Shown: piece by piece, positions 15,842 through 26,589 of the stretch
How positions within the stretch are numbered: position 1 is the stretch's first letter
Layout of the letters: each line of letters opens with the position of its first letter
Assembly: GCF_000341395.1 (NCBI RefSeq)
Contig: NC_020304.1
Location: forward strand, 3,030,001 to 3,062,000
DNA: 32,000 nucleotides
Direction: 5' to 3'
From: Desulfocapsa sulfexigens DSM 10523
GTDB lineage: Bacteria > Desulfobacterota > Desulfobulbia > Desulfobulbales > Desulfocapsaceae
Translations under genes and position numbers: made by a program
Notes under the pieces: model-generated
The model's database searches: none
The model's input: the letters and a program-made list of their open reading frames with translations, nothing else
What the model was told of the DNA's origin: nothing

Positions 15842-17409
15842 TGTTTTTCAGCCCCCTCTGTGTGGTTGGTGATTGACGGTTGAGCAGGGCGTCGTCCGAA
15901 GAGTTCACACTGTCTGCTGAGCCAGTTGGAGATGTCCTGGGTTAAAAAACGAGGAGCACAGCGCCAGGCCCAGTTGCCCTCTTTACTCCCGGGGCTGTTC
16001 ATCTTGCAGTCATTGCCAAAACCGAGAACATCCTGAAGAGGAAAAATGGCGTAGCGACTGATTGATGAAAGTGCAAGATAGATCAAATCTCTATGTATGT
16101 CGGAGTCATTATTCGTCCTGTTGTTGCAAAATGCCCGAAGTTCGCTTCGTCCGGATTCGCTTAAGTGATTGCTCAGGAACCAGCCAACGGTGGTGTCGTT
16201 ATCATGTGTTCCTGTGTAAATAACGCTGTTTGGGGTGTCGAAGTTAAAGGGGAGGAAACTGTTCTCCTTGTTGCCATCAAAGGCAAACTGAAGAATTTTC
16301 ATTCCGGGAAAATCAAGAGCATCACGCAGAGCAAGAACCTCAGGGGTGATCTCTCCGAGATCCTCAGCAATGATATTCAGAGGTCCAAGGTTTTTATAGA
16401 TTTCTTCAAAAAAATGAATACCTGGTCCTTTTATCCATTCGCCATTCATTGCAGTTTTGTGGCTGGCTGGAATGGACCAGTAGGCTTCAAATCCACGAAA
16501 ATGATCAACCCGGGCAACGTCCACCATCTGGAAAAGAGAACGGAAGCGTTCCGTCCACCAGGAGTATAGCTGATTTTTAACCACTTTATCGGTGCTATTC
16601 CAACGATAAAGTGGGTTGCCCCAGCGCTGACCGGTTTTTGAAAAATAATCAGGAGGGACGCCTGCAACCTCTGTTGGGTGCAGAGTCTCTGGGTCGAGGG
16701 AAAATATAGCCTGATTAGCCCAGACATCAACGCTATCCCAACCAACATAGATCGGGATATCGCCAATGAGCTGAATGTTCATGCTATTTGCAAGTTTTCG
16801 AAGTTCTTGCCACTGTTTAAAAAAAACAAATTGTTCAAAAGCAAAATAATCCATACGTGCAGAATACTTGTCAGTCACTTCCTCCATGGCGGCTTTGTCG
16901 CGATGGGCAAGTTTGCTGGGCCAGTCAAACCACCCTTTCTGGTGGAAGACCTCCTTTAGAGTCATAAACAGACAGTAGTCTTTCAGCCATACTGTGGATT
17001 GTTTGAATTTTGTAAAAGCGGAATTGTTGGTTGTGCGGTCAAAATTATTGAAGGCGAGCTGAAGGCAGTTGTTTTTGAAGAGTGCTACTTCTTTATAAAC
17101 AGTTTGGTATTCGGAAAATTGTGGAACGTTTATCTCATGGTCTTGGAGAAGACCGTCTGCAACAAGCAAATCAAGAGAAATAAGCAACGGAGATCCGGCA
17201 AAGGCGGAGGTGCTCATGTAAGGGGAGTTGTCGAATATCGGATTTGTCGGGCCTGTTGGCAGAAATTGCCATAGCGTCTGACCAGCGTCTTTTAGGAAGC
17301 TTATAAAATTATAAGAAGATATGCCAATGTCGCCAATTCCATGGGGTGAAGGAAGAGAAGAAATATGGGCGAGAATTCCACTTGCGCGTCTGTATTGAGT
17401 TGTTGGCAT
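15838..17409 (-). CDS. malQ: 4-alpha-glucanotransferase
   Basis: RASGILAHISSLPSPHGIGDIG, QTLWQFLPTGPTN, LIGDIPIYVGWDSVDVWAN, VARVDHFRGFEAYW, IIAEDLGEITPEV, YTGTHDNDTT. Confidence 0.95.
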   Translation of the reverse strand: MPTTQYRRASGILAHISSLPSPHGIGDIGISSYNFISFLKDAGQTLWQFLPTGPTNPIFDNSPYMSTSAFAGSPLLISLDLLVADGLLQDHEINVPQFSEYQTVYKEVALFKNNCLQLAFNNFDRTTNNSAFTKFKQSTVWLKDYCLFMTLKEVFHQKGWFDWPSKLAHRDKAAMEEVTDKYSARMDYFAFEQFVFFKQWQELRKLANSMNIQLIGDIPIYVGWDSVDVWANQAIFSLDPETLHPTEVAGVPPDYFSKTGQRWGNPLYRWNSTDKVVKNQLYSWWTERFRSLFQMVDVARVDHFRGFEAYWSIPASHKTAMNGEWIKGPGIHFFEEIYKNLGPLNIIAEDLGEITPEVLALRDALDFPGMKILQFAFDGNKENSFLPFNFDTPNSVIYTGTHDNDTTVGWFLSNHLSESGRSELRAFCNNRTNNDSDIHRDLIYLALSSISRYAIFPLQDVLGFGNDCKMNSPGSKEGNWAWRCAPRFLTQDISNWLSRQCELFGRRPAQPSITNHTEGAEKQ

Positions 17410-17742
17410 AAGAGTATAAAATAGTGTTCTATCCGTTAGAGGGAAAATTGTGATACTGTAGCACCTGATACCATTCTTGGCAAATAATGTCGCAGATGTG
17501 GAACGCTTTTATGGAGTTTTTAAAGGCTGAAAGGGATATTTGATTGCCTTTTATGGGTAAGTGTTATATTGTATACTGTTCAGAAAGGGATCTGTGGGGC
17601 AGCAATTTGGCTGCCATTTTTTATTTCAAATATAAACATATCCTTTTTTTGTATCGACAATAAACTATTGTGTTAAAACAAGAATTATATTTTTTAGCAC
17701 TTTCAAGTATATTTTATAGTTAGGTAAAGGAGTAACCTCCCA

Positions 17743-19077
17743 TTGCAGGCCGAACTTAAAGAAAATCTCCTCAAGGCAGGAAAAGAAGAGGGGTGTATCA
17801 GCTTTACTGAGTTGAACAAACTCCTCCCTGAAGAAATCAAAGATCCTGCAGCCATTGAGAAAGTATTCAATTTTCTTGGTGCTCATAGTATTGAAATTGT
17901 GACCCAGGATGGTAAGGATGGTGAAAAAAGGACTCTATCCGGTGAGGTCTGGAGCATTCCAGATGGATCCGATGATAGCGACTTCGAAGATGATCCAGCC
18001 ACATCCTCCCCGGAAGATGATGCCCATGACGGAGAAGAAACCACCACAACCTATTTGCGGGAAATGGGGCGTTTTGATCTTCTGACTCCTGATGAAGAGG
18101 CCAAATATTCAAGAACCATCAGGCAGGGGTTTGAGTCAATAATAGAAGCAATTCGAATTGACCAGTCCGGTGTTAAGGATCTTGAACTTCTTCGTACCCG
18201 GATAGCTCTGTGGGAAAAAAGAGATCCCACCCTCAAGCCAAAAAAACAGCAACTCAACTTCATGCGCTACAGTGTTGTCAGTGCTGCCAAAAAACACTCT
18301 GATTGCCGTGAATTGATTGAGTTGCAAACCAGACTTGAAGCCTATTCCCGTTCTATTGAAATTGCCAAGGATTGTATGATTCGTGCGAATCTTCGTCTGG
18401 TGGTTTCAATTGCAAAACGGTATATGCATCAGGGCCTTACTCTTGCTGATCTTATTCAAGAAGGAAATCTTGGGCTCATGCGAGCTGTTTTCCGTTTTGA
18501 TTATACTAAGGGAAACAAATTCTCCACATACGCATCCTGGTGGATTCGTCAGGCCATTACCCGGGCTATTCTTGATAAAACCAGAACTATCCGCCTCCCT
18601 GTTCATTTCCTTGAGCTGAGAAGTCAGTTTTTCAAAGCCTTTTATGCTCTCTATAAAGAGCTGGGTAGAGAACCGACACCGCTGGAAATATCCAAGAATA
18701 CAGACCTTCCAATGGATAAAATCCTCGCCATTCTTGAGGCCTCAAGAGAACCAATTTCTCTCGAAACCCCTGTCGGTGACGATGATTCCACCCTTGGGGA
18801 TTTTCTTGAAAACCAGGAATCTCAATCCCCCTATGAGGCCGTTCAAAACCGTGAACTTTCAGGACGGGTGGAGGAAATACTCTCTACTTTAAGTGAGCGT
18901 GAAGAAAAAATCATCCGTCTGCGTTTTGGTATCGGTGAAAAGGCCGAATACACACTCGAAGAGATCGGCAAACGGTTCAATGTCTCTCGTGAGCGGATTC
19001 GACAGATTGAAAAGAAGGCATTAAATCGCCTGAGACATTCGAGTCGTCGTGATAAATTAAAATTCTTTTTGGATTAA
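17743..19077 (+). CDS. rpoD: RNA polymerase sigma-70 factor RpoD
   Basis: [60 protein letters not shown]; C-terminal [46 protein letters not shown]. Reads from a TTG codon. Confidence 0.95.
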   Translation: MQAELKENLLKAGKEEGCISFTELNKLLPEEIKDPAAIEKVFNFLGAHSIEIVTQDGKDGEKRTLSGEVWSIPDGSDDSDFEDDPATSSPEDDAHDGEETTTTYLREMGRFDLLTPDEEAKYSRTIRQGFESIIEAIRIDQSGVKDLELLRTRIALWEKRDPTLKPKKQQLNFMRYSVVSAAKKHSDCRELIELQTRLEAYSRSIEIAKDCMIRANLRLVVSIAKRYMHQGLTLADLIQEGNLGLMRAVFRFDYTKGNKFSTYASWWIRQAITRAILDKTRTIRLPVHFLELRSQFFKAFYALYKELGREPTPLEISKNTDLPMDKILAILEASREPISLETPVGDDDSTLGDFLENQESQSPYEAVQNRELSGRVEEILSTLSEREEKIIRLRFGIGEKAEYTLEEIGKRFNVSRERIRQIEKKALNRLRHSSRRDKLKFFLD

Positions 19078-19128
19078 TTACAAACACTCTATGTAGGAAA
19101 CTGGCCGGGAAATATCCCGGCTTTTTTT

Positions 19129-20232
19129 ATGACCATGAAAAAATTTATTGAAAGTGCCGGGTTTGGTGACATACTCGAAAAAGTTGAGGCTGGTGAGCGA
19201 TTATCCTGTGACGATGGTATCCGCCTGTATAACTCCAATGATATTCTGGCCCTTGGCTATATGGCTAATATGGTGCGGAATAGACTGAATGGAGATAATA
19301 CCTATTTTATTTATAATCAGCATATTAACTATTCCAATATTTGTACCAACCTCTGTAAGTTCTGCGCTTTTGGAAAAGAAAAGGGTCATGAAAAGGCATA
19401 TGAGATGGACCTTGAGACGGTCAAACAGAAGGTCCGTGACCGGCTCGATGAACCAATCACCGAAATTCATATGGTTGGCGGAATTCATCCTGATCTGCCA
19501 TTTTCCTATTATACCGATTTACTCCGCGGAATTAAGGAAGTTCGTCCCGATGTTCACATACAGGCCTTTACCTGTGTGGAGATTGCCCATCTTGCCGGTC
19601 TTGCTGATAAGCCCGTTGGTGAAACCCTTGAAATACTCAAGGAAGCTGGTCTTGGTTCTATTCCAGGTGGAGGTGCTGAGGTATTTGCGCCACGGATACG
19701 TGAACTGACCTGCGAGAAGAAACTTCCTGGCAAAGATTGGATAGAGGTTGCAAAGACAGCCCATCGTCACGGCCTGCACACCAATGCCACCATGTTGTAC
19801 GGTCATATTGAAACAATGGCGGAACGCATAGAGCATCTCGATGCATTGCGCCTGGCGCAGGATGAAACAAAGGGTTTTCTTGCGTTTATTCCCCTGGCTT
19901 TCCATCCCAAAAATACCGAAATGTCTAATATCTCCAGAACGACCGGTATGGATGATCTGAAAAATATCGCTGTATCCAGGCTTATGCTCGACAACTTTCC
20001 CCATATCAAAGCCTACTGGGTTATGATTGGCCCCAAAGTGGCCCAAATTGCCCTCTCTTTCGGAGCTGATGATATGGATGGTACTGTGAAAGAGGAAGTT
20101 ATCACTCACATGGCAGGCGCAGAGACTGAACAGGCCATAGGTTCCACCACACTTGTTAAGTTGATCAAGGAAGCCGGGCGGATTGCCATTGAACGGGATA
20201 CCCTGTATGAGACTATTCAGGTACACGAATAA
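19129..20232 (+). CDS. mqnE: Aminodeoxyfutalosine synthase
   Basis: Radical SAM NICTNLCKFCAFGKEKG; MqnE-like EIHMVGGIHPDLPFSYYTDLL, SIPGGGAEVFAPRIRE. Confidence 0.92.
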   Translation: MTMKKFIESAGFGDILEKVEAGERLSCDDGIRLYNSNDILALGYMANMVRNRLNGDNTYFIYNQHINYSNICTNLCKFCAFGKEKGHEKAYEMDLETVKQKVRDRLDEPITEIHMVGGIHPDLPFSYYTDLLRGIKEVRPDVHIQAFTCVEIAHLAGLADKPVGETLEILKEAGLGSIPGGGAEVFAPRIRELTCEKKLPGKDWIEVAKTAHRHGLHTNATMLYGHIETMAERIEHLDALRLAQDETKGFLAFIPLAFHPKNTEMSNISRTTGMDDLKNIAVSRLMLDNFPHIKAYWVMIGPKVAQIALSFGADDMDGTVKEEVITHMAGAETEQAIGSTTLVKLIKEAGRIAIERDTLYETIQVHE

Positions 20233-20241
20233 TAACTTCAG

Positions 20242-21327
20242 GTGATGTCCATGCAGGAAAGTATTTTTAATGATATAAGTGACAGAGTTTTATCTGGTGG
20301 TCGACTGAGTGATGAGGAATTTATTGAGCTTAACGATCATGGTGATCTCTACCAGCTAGGGTTCCTTGCCAATGCAATCAGGGAAAAACTCCATCCAGAA
20401 AAAAATGTTACATACGTTATAGATCGAAATATCAACTACACCGACATCTGTGTGTCTGCGTGTAAGTTCTGCGCCTTTTTTAAAGCTCCTGAAGACAAAG
20501 ACGGTTATGTGCTCACCAAAGAAGAGCTGGCCCTCAAAATCAAAGAGACCCAGGATCTTGGTGGCACTCAAATACTTCTTCAAGGTGGGCTCCACCCTGA
20601 TCTTCAGCTGGAATACTACGAGGATATGCTCCGTTTTATGAAGGAGACGGGTATCCATGTCCATGGTTTTTCTCCTCCCGAAATACATCATTTTGCAAAG
20701 GTTTCAAAACTTCCCATCTCCACGGTGATTTCCCGTCTGATTAATGCAGGGCTCGACTCCATTCCCGGTGGTGGTGCAGAGATTCTCTCCGACAGAGTAC
20801 GTAGTTTTACCGCCCCCCTGAAGGGTACAGCTGATGACTGGATTGAGGTTATGGAAGAGGCTCATAAGCAGGGGCTTCGTACAACTGCCACCATGATGTT
20901 TGGTCATGTTGAAACTGTTCATGAACGTCTGGAACATCTACGTCGTCTCCGTGAATTGCAGGATCGCACCAAAGGGTTCACCGCATTTATTCCCTGGCCA
21001 TTTCAGCCAGACCACACAGCACTCGTTGAACAGGCGCCCATTGAGAAGACAACTGGCTATGGCTATTTACGAATGTTGGCACTTTCTCGCATTTATCTCG
21101 ACAACTTCGAGAATGTTCAGGCCTCATGGGTTACCCAGGGACCGAAGATAGCTCAACTTTCTCTCTACTTTGGGGCTAATGATTTTGGCTCCACCATGAT
21201 TGAGGAAAACGTTGTTGCTGCGGCTGGTATCAGTTTTCGACTTTCTGAAGATGAAATAAGACGATTGGTCGTCGATGCTGGATTTACTCCCAGACAACGT
21301 TTGATGGATTACAGCCTCGTTGGTTGA
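20242..21327 (+). CDS. mqnC: Dehypoxanthine futalosine cyclase
   Basis: Radical SAM NYTDICVSACKFCAFFKAPEDKDGYVL; QILLQGGLHPDLQLEYYEDML; TTATMMFGHVETVHERLEHL. Confidence 0.92.
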   Translation: MMSMQESIFNDISDRVLSGGRLSDEEFIELNDHGDLYQLGFLANAIREKLHPEKNVTYVIDRNINYTDICVSACKFCAFFKAPEDKDGYVLTKEELALKIKETQDLGGTQILLQGGLHPDLQLEYYEDMLRFMKETGIHVHGFSPPEIHHFAKVSKLPISTVISRLINAGLDSIPGGGAEILSDRVRSFTAPLKGTADDWIEVMEEAHKQGLRTTATMMFGHVETVHERLEHLRRLRELQDRTKGFTAFIPWPFQPDHTALVEQAPIEKTTGYGYLRMLALSRIYLDNFENVQASWVTQGPKIAQLSLYFGANDFGSTMIEENVVAAAGISFRLSEDEIRRLVVDAGFTPRQRLMDYSLVG

Positions 21328-21336
21328 GCACTTACT

Positions 21337-22584
21337 GTGTCTCCTTCCAGATCTCATTCAGCACTTAGACTCTACAGGGCACCGTGGATAGTGCCAGTCA
21401 GTTCTGCCGTTATTCCTGATGGTGCTGTTGTAGTAGATCACAGCTCAATTGTAGCGGTCGGTTCTTTTGAGGAGATCTTCTCGCAGTTTCCAGATGTTCC
21501 GGTTACCGAGTGCTCAGGTGTTCTTCTTCCAGCCCTGGTAAATGCCCACATTCATCTCGATCTTTCTGTCTTTGGTCCGGTGCCTCAGGAATCTTCTGAA
21601 AGTACCATGTGCGATTGGATATCGTCTCTTCTTGCAAAGCGACTTAGTTCAAACTGCTCTGATGATGAGATACGGGATGCAGCTGAAAAAGCCGCTCGTG
21701 ATCAGTATGCATCCGGCGTCGGTCTGATGCTTGATATCAGCAATAGGTATCTTGGTACATTTGATTCCTGTCCTGCTGAAATAGTATCACTTCTTGAAAT
21801 GCTTGGTCCTTCGCAGGCAGCCCAACGAGATGCAATCACCACCATCTCTGAACTCCCCAGTGAGAGAATGGTAACGGGACATGCTCCCTACTCAACAACT
21901 CCAGATCTCCTGAGTTATATTAAAAAGCGCTGTACCGCCCAGAATGCTGTGTTTTCCCTGCATCTTGCCGAAAATCGTGACGAATCTCTTTTGCTTATCC
22001 ATGGGACAGGGTGCTTTGCTCAATTCTTAAAAGATCGAGGAGCTGTCAGTGATACTTTCCCGATCCCAGGAATTGACACCAGCGGTGTGGTGGGGTACTT
22101 ACAGAAACGTGGAATCCTTGACAGGAAAACCCTATGTGTCCACTGTGTTCATATGAGCAGTGAAGAAATGAAAATTCTGGCAGAGTCACAGGCCCATGTG
22201 TGTCTCTGTCCCTGCAGCAATAGATTTCTATCAGTTGGTACTGCACCGCTTGAGAAGTTTCTGGATTTCGGAATGCTCCCGGCACTGGGAACCGATTCCG
22301 TAACATCCAATCCTCAGCTTGACATGTGGGAGGAGATGGCCCTTTTGAGAAAGAATCATCCCACTGTAGCAGCTGAAACCATACTCTCCATGGCAACATT
22401 AGGGGGGGCTGTCGCCATGCATCGTGACAACAGGTATGGCAGCATTGAAAAAGGACGAACATCGGATATCCTTCATGTCCACGGAGAGCAATATGAAAAG
22501 GCTGCATATCCTCAGCAGCTTATTGAGCTGTTAACCTCAGGAGGCCGTCCAGAGAGAATGGATTGGCTGACTTTTTCAGAATAA
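21337..22584 (+). CDS. Amidohydrolase, probable aminodeoxyfutalosine deaminase
   Basis: GVLLPALVNAHIHLDLSVFG, HAPYSTTPDLL, HCVHMSSEEMKIL, LGTDSVTSNPQLDMWEEM; sits inside the mqn cluster. Confidence 0.8.
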   Translation: MSPSRSHSALRLYRAPWIVPVSSAVIPDGAVVVDHSSIVAVGSFEEIFSQFPDVPVTECSGVLLPALVNAHIHLDLSVFGPVPQESSESTMCDWISSLLAKRLSSNCSDDEIRDAAEKAARDQYASGVGLMLDISNRYLGTFDSCPAEIVSLLEMLGPSQAAQRDAITTISELPSERMVTGHAPYSTTPDLLSYIKKRCTAQNAVFSLHLAENRDESLLLIHGTGCFAQFLKDRGAVSDTFPIPGIDTSGVVGYLQKRGILDRKTLCVHCVHMSSEEMKILAESQAHVCLCPCSNRFLSVGTAPLEKFLDFGMLPALGTDSVTSNPQLDMWEEMALLRKNHPTVAAETILSMATLGGAVAMHRDNRYGSIEKGRTSDILHVHGEQYEKAAYPQQLIELLTSGGRPERMDWLTFSE

Positions 22585-22616
22585 TCTGTCTGCAGAATCT
22601 TGAAGGGAATAGAGCT

Positions 22617-23447
22617 ATGAGTGGAGCCCGTATTGGAATGGTGAATTTTATTAACACCGCTCCAATCTATGAAATCTGGAAAACCCGAAATCATCCTGCA
22701 GACTGGAAGGTTGTCGAGGCCCCGCCCTCCACCCTGAACAGAATGCTTGCTGCAGGAGAGCTTGATCTCGGGTTTGTCTCATCCTATGAATATGGAGTTC
22801 GTCCTGAGCAGTATCGTCTCCTGTCAGACCTCTCCATCAGTGCCAACGGTTCCGTGGGATCGGTCTTTTTGTTCTCGCGTGTTCAGCCCAAATTACTTGG
22901 AGACCACACGGTTCTGCTCAGTGGTCAGTCTGAAACATCCATCAGTTTGGTGAAGATCATTCTTGAAGAGTTTTTTCATGTTCACCCGGCCTACGAAGTT
23001 GGTGATGTCAATGGCAGGGAGGCCACACAGGCTGGTGGAATTCTGGCCATAGGAGATGAGGCATTGCGCTTGTCCGCAAGTGAGGAGTTTCCCTATAAGC
23101 TTGATCTTGCAGAAGTCTGGTGTCAATATACGAATCTGCCCTTTGTATTTGCTGTTTGTGCTGCTCGTGAGGAGTTTTGTCAGAAATCTCCAGAAATTGT
23201 CGCTGCAATCCATCGGGAATTCTTAGTTTGCAGAGGTGAGGGGAGAGTACATCTGGAGTCCATTTGTGAGAGCGTTGCTCCTCGCATACCCATGCATCCA
23301 GACGAGTGTTACGTCTATCTTCGAGCCATAGAGTATGATCTTGGGAAGAGTAAACAGGTGGCCCTTGAAAAATTTTTCACCTATCTGATTAACAGGAAAG
23401 AAGCTTCACCTCTTTCTGTCCCTCTCAATATTTTCGATAATGAGTGA
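22617..23447 (+). CDS. mqnA: Chorismate dehydratase
   Basis: ARIGMVNFINTAPIYEIW, AGELDLGFVSSYEYG, IGDEALRL, ARLDLAEVWCQYTNLPFVFAVC-like context. Start at internal ATG 22617. Confidence 0.88.
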   Translation: MSGARIGMVNFINTAPIYEIWKTRNHPADWKVVEAPPSTLNRMLAAGELDLGFVSSYEYGVRPEQYRLLSDLSISANGSVGSVFLFSRVQPKLLGDHTVLLSGQSETSISLVKIILEEFFHVHPAYEVGDVNGREATQAGGILAIGDEALRLSASEEFPYKLDLAEVWCQYTNLPFVFAVCAAREEFCQKSPEIVAAIHREFLVCRGEGRVHLESICESVAPRIPMHPDECYVYLRAIEYDLGKSKQVALEKFFTYLINRKEASPLSVPLNIFDNE

Positions 23448-23453
23448 CCTGAA

Positions 23454-24014
23454 ATGAAAAAAATTCTAGTGGCGGTGACCGGTGCTTCAGCCATGCTCTA
23501 CCTCCAGTCATTCCTCGAAATACTTCAGGATGAAGATGCTATTGTCCACGGAATCTGTTCCGAGTCCGGTGAACAGGTACTTGAACTTGAGCATGGAATA
23601 ACTCCAGGTAAGCTACCGGCGGTAAGTAAATGGTTTGATTGCAGAGATTTTGCGGCCGCACCGGCTTCCGGGTCAGCTGGATATGATGCCATGGTGATTA
23701 TTCCCTGCTCCATGGGGACACTTGCTGCAATTGCATCGGGAATAACCACTAATCTCGTGCATCGGGCAGCCGATGTAATGCTTAAGGAAAAGAAAAAACT
23801 TGTCCTTGTGACCAGGGAAACTCCTTTAAACAGAACACATTTACAGAATATGCTGACAGTTCATGATGCCGGTGCCGTGATATGTCCGCCCCATCCAGGG
23901 TTTTACCTGAAACCTGAAACCCTGGAAGAAGCGGCCCTGACGTTCTCATGGCGGCTTGGAGATCAGCTTGGTCTTCATATGAAAAACAGAAAGCGTTGGG
24001 GAGAAGAGGGTTGA
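23454..24014 (+). CDS. UbiX-family flavin prenyltransferase
   Basis: KKILVAVTGASAMLYLQSFLEIL, MVIIPCSMGTLAAIASGITTNLVHRAADVMLKEKKKLVLVTRETPLN. Confidence 0.9.
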   Translation: MKKILVAVTGASAMLYLQSFLEILQDEDAIVHGICSESGEQVLELEHGITPGKLPAVSKWFDCRDFAAAPASGSAGYDAMVIIPCSMGTLAAIASGITTNLVHRAADVMLKEKKKLVLVTRETPLNRTHLQNMLTVHDAGAVICPPHPGFYLKPETLEEAALTFSWRLGDQLGLHMKNRKRWGEEG

Positions 24015-24871
24015 TGTTTCAGAAAATTACTGTTCTTCTTGAGATGATCAAATTTAAATTGACCATTTTTGCAATGCCTTTTGCATTTATGGGGGCGTTC
24101 CTGGCCGAACGCGGTGTTCCCGACGCGCTTACGTTTTTATGGGTGGTGCTTGCCATGGTAGGTGCCAGGACCTGTGCAATGGGATTTAATCGTATTGTTG
24201 ATGCCAGATTTGATAGCGCCAATCCACGTACTGCTGATCGGGCAATTCCATCCGGTGCTGTCAGCAGTGTTGAGGCGTGGATTATGGTGATTGCAGCAGG
24301 AGCTCTTTTCTTTTTTGCAGCATGGTCACTCAATCCCCTGACGCTGAAGCTTGCACCCGTTGCTCTCGGTCTCACTCTTTTCTATTCGTTGACCAAAAGA
24401 TTTACTTCCTTCTGTCATCTGATTTTAGGTGTTGCCCTTGCCTTTTCTCCACTTGGTGGCTGGGTGGCGGTGCAGGGAAGCTTAATCAGTTACCCATGGG
24501 CGCTTTCCCTGGGAGTCCTTTTCTGGATTGCTGGTTTTGATACCATTTATGCCTGTCTTGATGCCGATTTTGATAAAAAAGCAGGTCTCCATTCCCTACC
24601 TTCACAACTCGGCCAGACAAATGCCTTCCGTCTCGCTGTCCTGTTCCATATTATAGCTTTTTGTCTTTTTGCCTTCGCCGGAGTGCAGGCAGGTTTGAAT
24701 CTTGTCTATTATATTGGAGTATTGATAGCCGCTGGGGTGATTTTCTATCAGCATAAGCTGGTGAATCCAAATGATCTCTCGAAGATAAAAGGCTCTTTTT
24801 TCTCCCTGAATGGTATCATCAGCATGGTTCTTTTCGCCGCTACATGGCTCTCTTTGATCATTGAAGGATGA
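24014..24871 (+). CDS. mqnP: UbiA-family prenyltransferase (probable MqnP)
   Basis: NRIVDARFDSANPRTADRAIPSGAVS and DTIYACLDADFDKKAGLHSLPSQLG, with 7-9 TM segments. Start at 24014 ATG rather than the 23948 ORF start. Confidence 0.82.
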   Translation: MFQKITVLLEMIKFKLTIFAMPFAFMGAFLAERGVPDALTFLWVVLAMVGARTCAMGFNRIVDARFDSANPRTADRAIPSGAVSSVEAWIMVIAAGALFFFAAWSLNPLTLKLAPVALGLTLFYSLTKRFTSFCHLILGVALAFSPLGGWVAVQGSLISYPWALSLGVLFWIAGFDTIYACLDADFDKKAGLHSLPSQLGQTNAFRLAVLFHIIAFCLFAFAGVQAGLNLVYYIGVLIAAGVIFYQHKLVNPNDLSKIKGSFFSLNGIISMVLFAATWLSLIIEG

Positions 24872-25740
24872 TGAGACACTTCATTTTTCAGGCATGTTCT
24901 CTTCTCTTTTCTATCTTTATCACCTGTTGTGTTGAGAGTGTAGCTGCTCTATATCCCAACGGTGAGGTTATCGATGATGTGGTAACGACCATATATACGG
25001 GTGGTGAAAAGCTTAAATACAAAATTTCGTGGACCGGCGGTGTTAAGATAGGTGAGCTTCAGCTGGAAGTTCAGAGACAGGCTGATGATGAAAATGTTTT
25101 TGAGTTAAAGGCGGTGGTAAAGGACTCTGGCATGTTTCATTTTTTTTATCCGGTAAATGATGTATTTCTCACAAGGGTAGCTGGTGATAAGCGGCTTCCC
25201 GTGAGCTATGAGGTGACCCAGAAAGAGGGCAGAAATTACAAGGCCAGACGGTATACCGAATACAATCAGCAGGCTGGGACAGTACGTTATCAGAAGAACA
25301 CGAAGGATCCGGTTGAGTATACTGTTGACGGAGAGGTTCACAATGAGTTCTCTTCGTTCTTTTTTACCCGTAGTATGAAACTTGAACGGGATTATCCGGT
25401 AATTGTTCCAACCTTTGCAGATGGCAAACGACATGAGGTCATAGTCCGTGTGGGGGCTGAAACCAGGATAAAAAAAACAATCCTTGGCGATGTTAATGTG
25501 TTACCTGTGACCCCCCTGATGGGATTTAAAGGACTTTATGACAAGGCTGGTGCTACCGTCATCTGGCTCACCAACGATGAATGCCGGATACCTGTCCGTA
25601 TTAGATCCAGAATCCTTCTAGGATCACTTACTGCAGAACTGCTTTCATATTCAAATCCCCATTGTGGTGATCAGAGTGAATATCATAAGAAAATACCTGC
25701 GAGTGTAGAAAAACTGCCGGAACTTGAAATGGGAGACTGA
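24868..25740 (+). CDS. DUF3108-like exported protein
   Basis: Signal peptide; GGEKLKYKISWTGGVKIGELQLEV, SGMFHFFYPVNDVFLTRV; family assignment from memory. Confidence 0.65.
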   Translation: MMRHFIFQACSLLFSIFITCCVESVAALYPNGEVIDDVVTTIYTGGEKLKYKISWTGGVKIGELQLEVQRQADDENVFELKAVVKDSGMFHFFYPVNDVFLTRVAGDKRLPVSYEVTQKEGRNYKARRYTEYNQQAGTVRYQKNTKDPVEYTVDGEVHNEFSSFFFTRSMKLERDYPVIVPTFADGKRHEVIVRVGAETRIKKTILGDVNVLPVTPLMGFKGLYDKAGATVIWLTNDECRIPVRIRSRILLGSLTAELLSYSNPHCGDQSEYHKKIPASVEKLPELEMGD

Positions 25741-25862
25741 AATTCCCATAGTCCCTTTTCTTGTGTTGATTATATCCACAAAGTGTTTATATTCTGCCAC
25801 GCAAAGCACGAAGTTGAACTTGAAGATAAATATAACATAAATTGATATTTGAGGAGAATAGC

Positions 25863-26510
25863 ATGAAACTTATTCTTTTGGGCGCTCCTGGCGCTGGTAA
25901 AGGTACTGTAGCAAAATTACTCACCGCCATTGATGGCTCTGTCCAGATTTCCACCGGAGATATTCTTCGTGGTGCTGTTACTGCAGGTACTGACCTTGGT
26001 AAAGAGGCTGAAGGATATATGAGCCGTGGCGATCTTGTTCCAGACTCACTTATTATGGGAATCATGGAAAGCCGTCTTCAGGAACCTGATTGTGCCAACG
26101 GCTTTTTGCTCGATGGCTTCCCACGTACCATTCCACAGGCTGAAGAGCTTACCGCCCTTCTCGAAAAACTTGGTATTAAACTTGATATGGCCGTTGAAAT
26201 TGACGTGCCCAAGGATATCATTCTTGACAGACTTTGTACCCGTCGTACTTGTGAAAATCCCGATTGTCAGGCCATTTACAATGTGAAGTCCAATCCTCCA
26301 AAAGTAGAAGGGATTTGTGACAAATGTGGAGCCAGGGCCATACAGCGTGAAGATGAGACCGAAGAGGCAATCAGCCACCGTCTTGCTACCTATAATGAGA
26401 AGACAGCACCTCTTATCGGTTTTTACAAAAAGGCAGGATTGCTTCTCAGCGTTCCAGCCACTTCAAGTGATGCTGTAATTGCTGCTGTAAAAGAAAAGCT
26501 TAGTCTGTAA
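25863..26510 (+). CDS. adk: Adenylate kinase (zinc-finger LID)
   Basis: MKLILLGAPGAGKGTVAKLL; LID cysteines CENPDCQAIYNVKSNPPKVEGICDKCGA; GFPRTIPQAEEL. Start at 25863. Confidence 0.96.
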   Translation: MKLILLGAPGAGKGTVAKLLTAIDGSVQISTGDILRGAVTAGTDLGKEAEGYMSRGDLVPDSLIMGIMESRLQEPDCANGFLLDGFPRTIPQAEELTALLEKLGIKLDMAVEIDVPKDIILDRLCTRRTCENPDCQAIYNVKSNPPKVEGICDKCGARAIQREDETEEAISHRLATYNEKTAPLIGFYKKAGLLLSVPATSSDAVIAAVKEKLSL

Positions 26511-26589
26511 ACTATTGCTGGTGTTTTGGTAACGGGGGATGGAGAACCACAGGTTTTCTCTCCCCCTTCTTTATGTTAAGGAGGTATTG

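Noticed and set aside
19519-20226. 235-aa minus-strand ORF
   Set aside because: Fully antisense to mqnE, which has clear radical-SAM motifs; an incidental open frame.
22046-22507. 153-aa minus-strand ORF
   Set aside because: Antisense to the amidohydrolase; no coherent protein signature.
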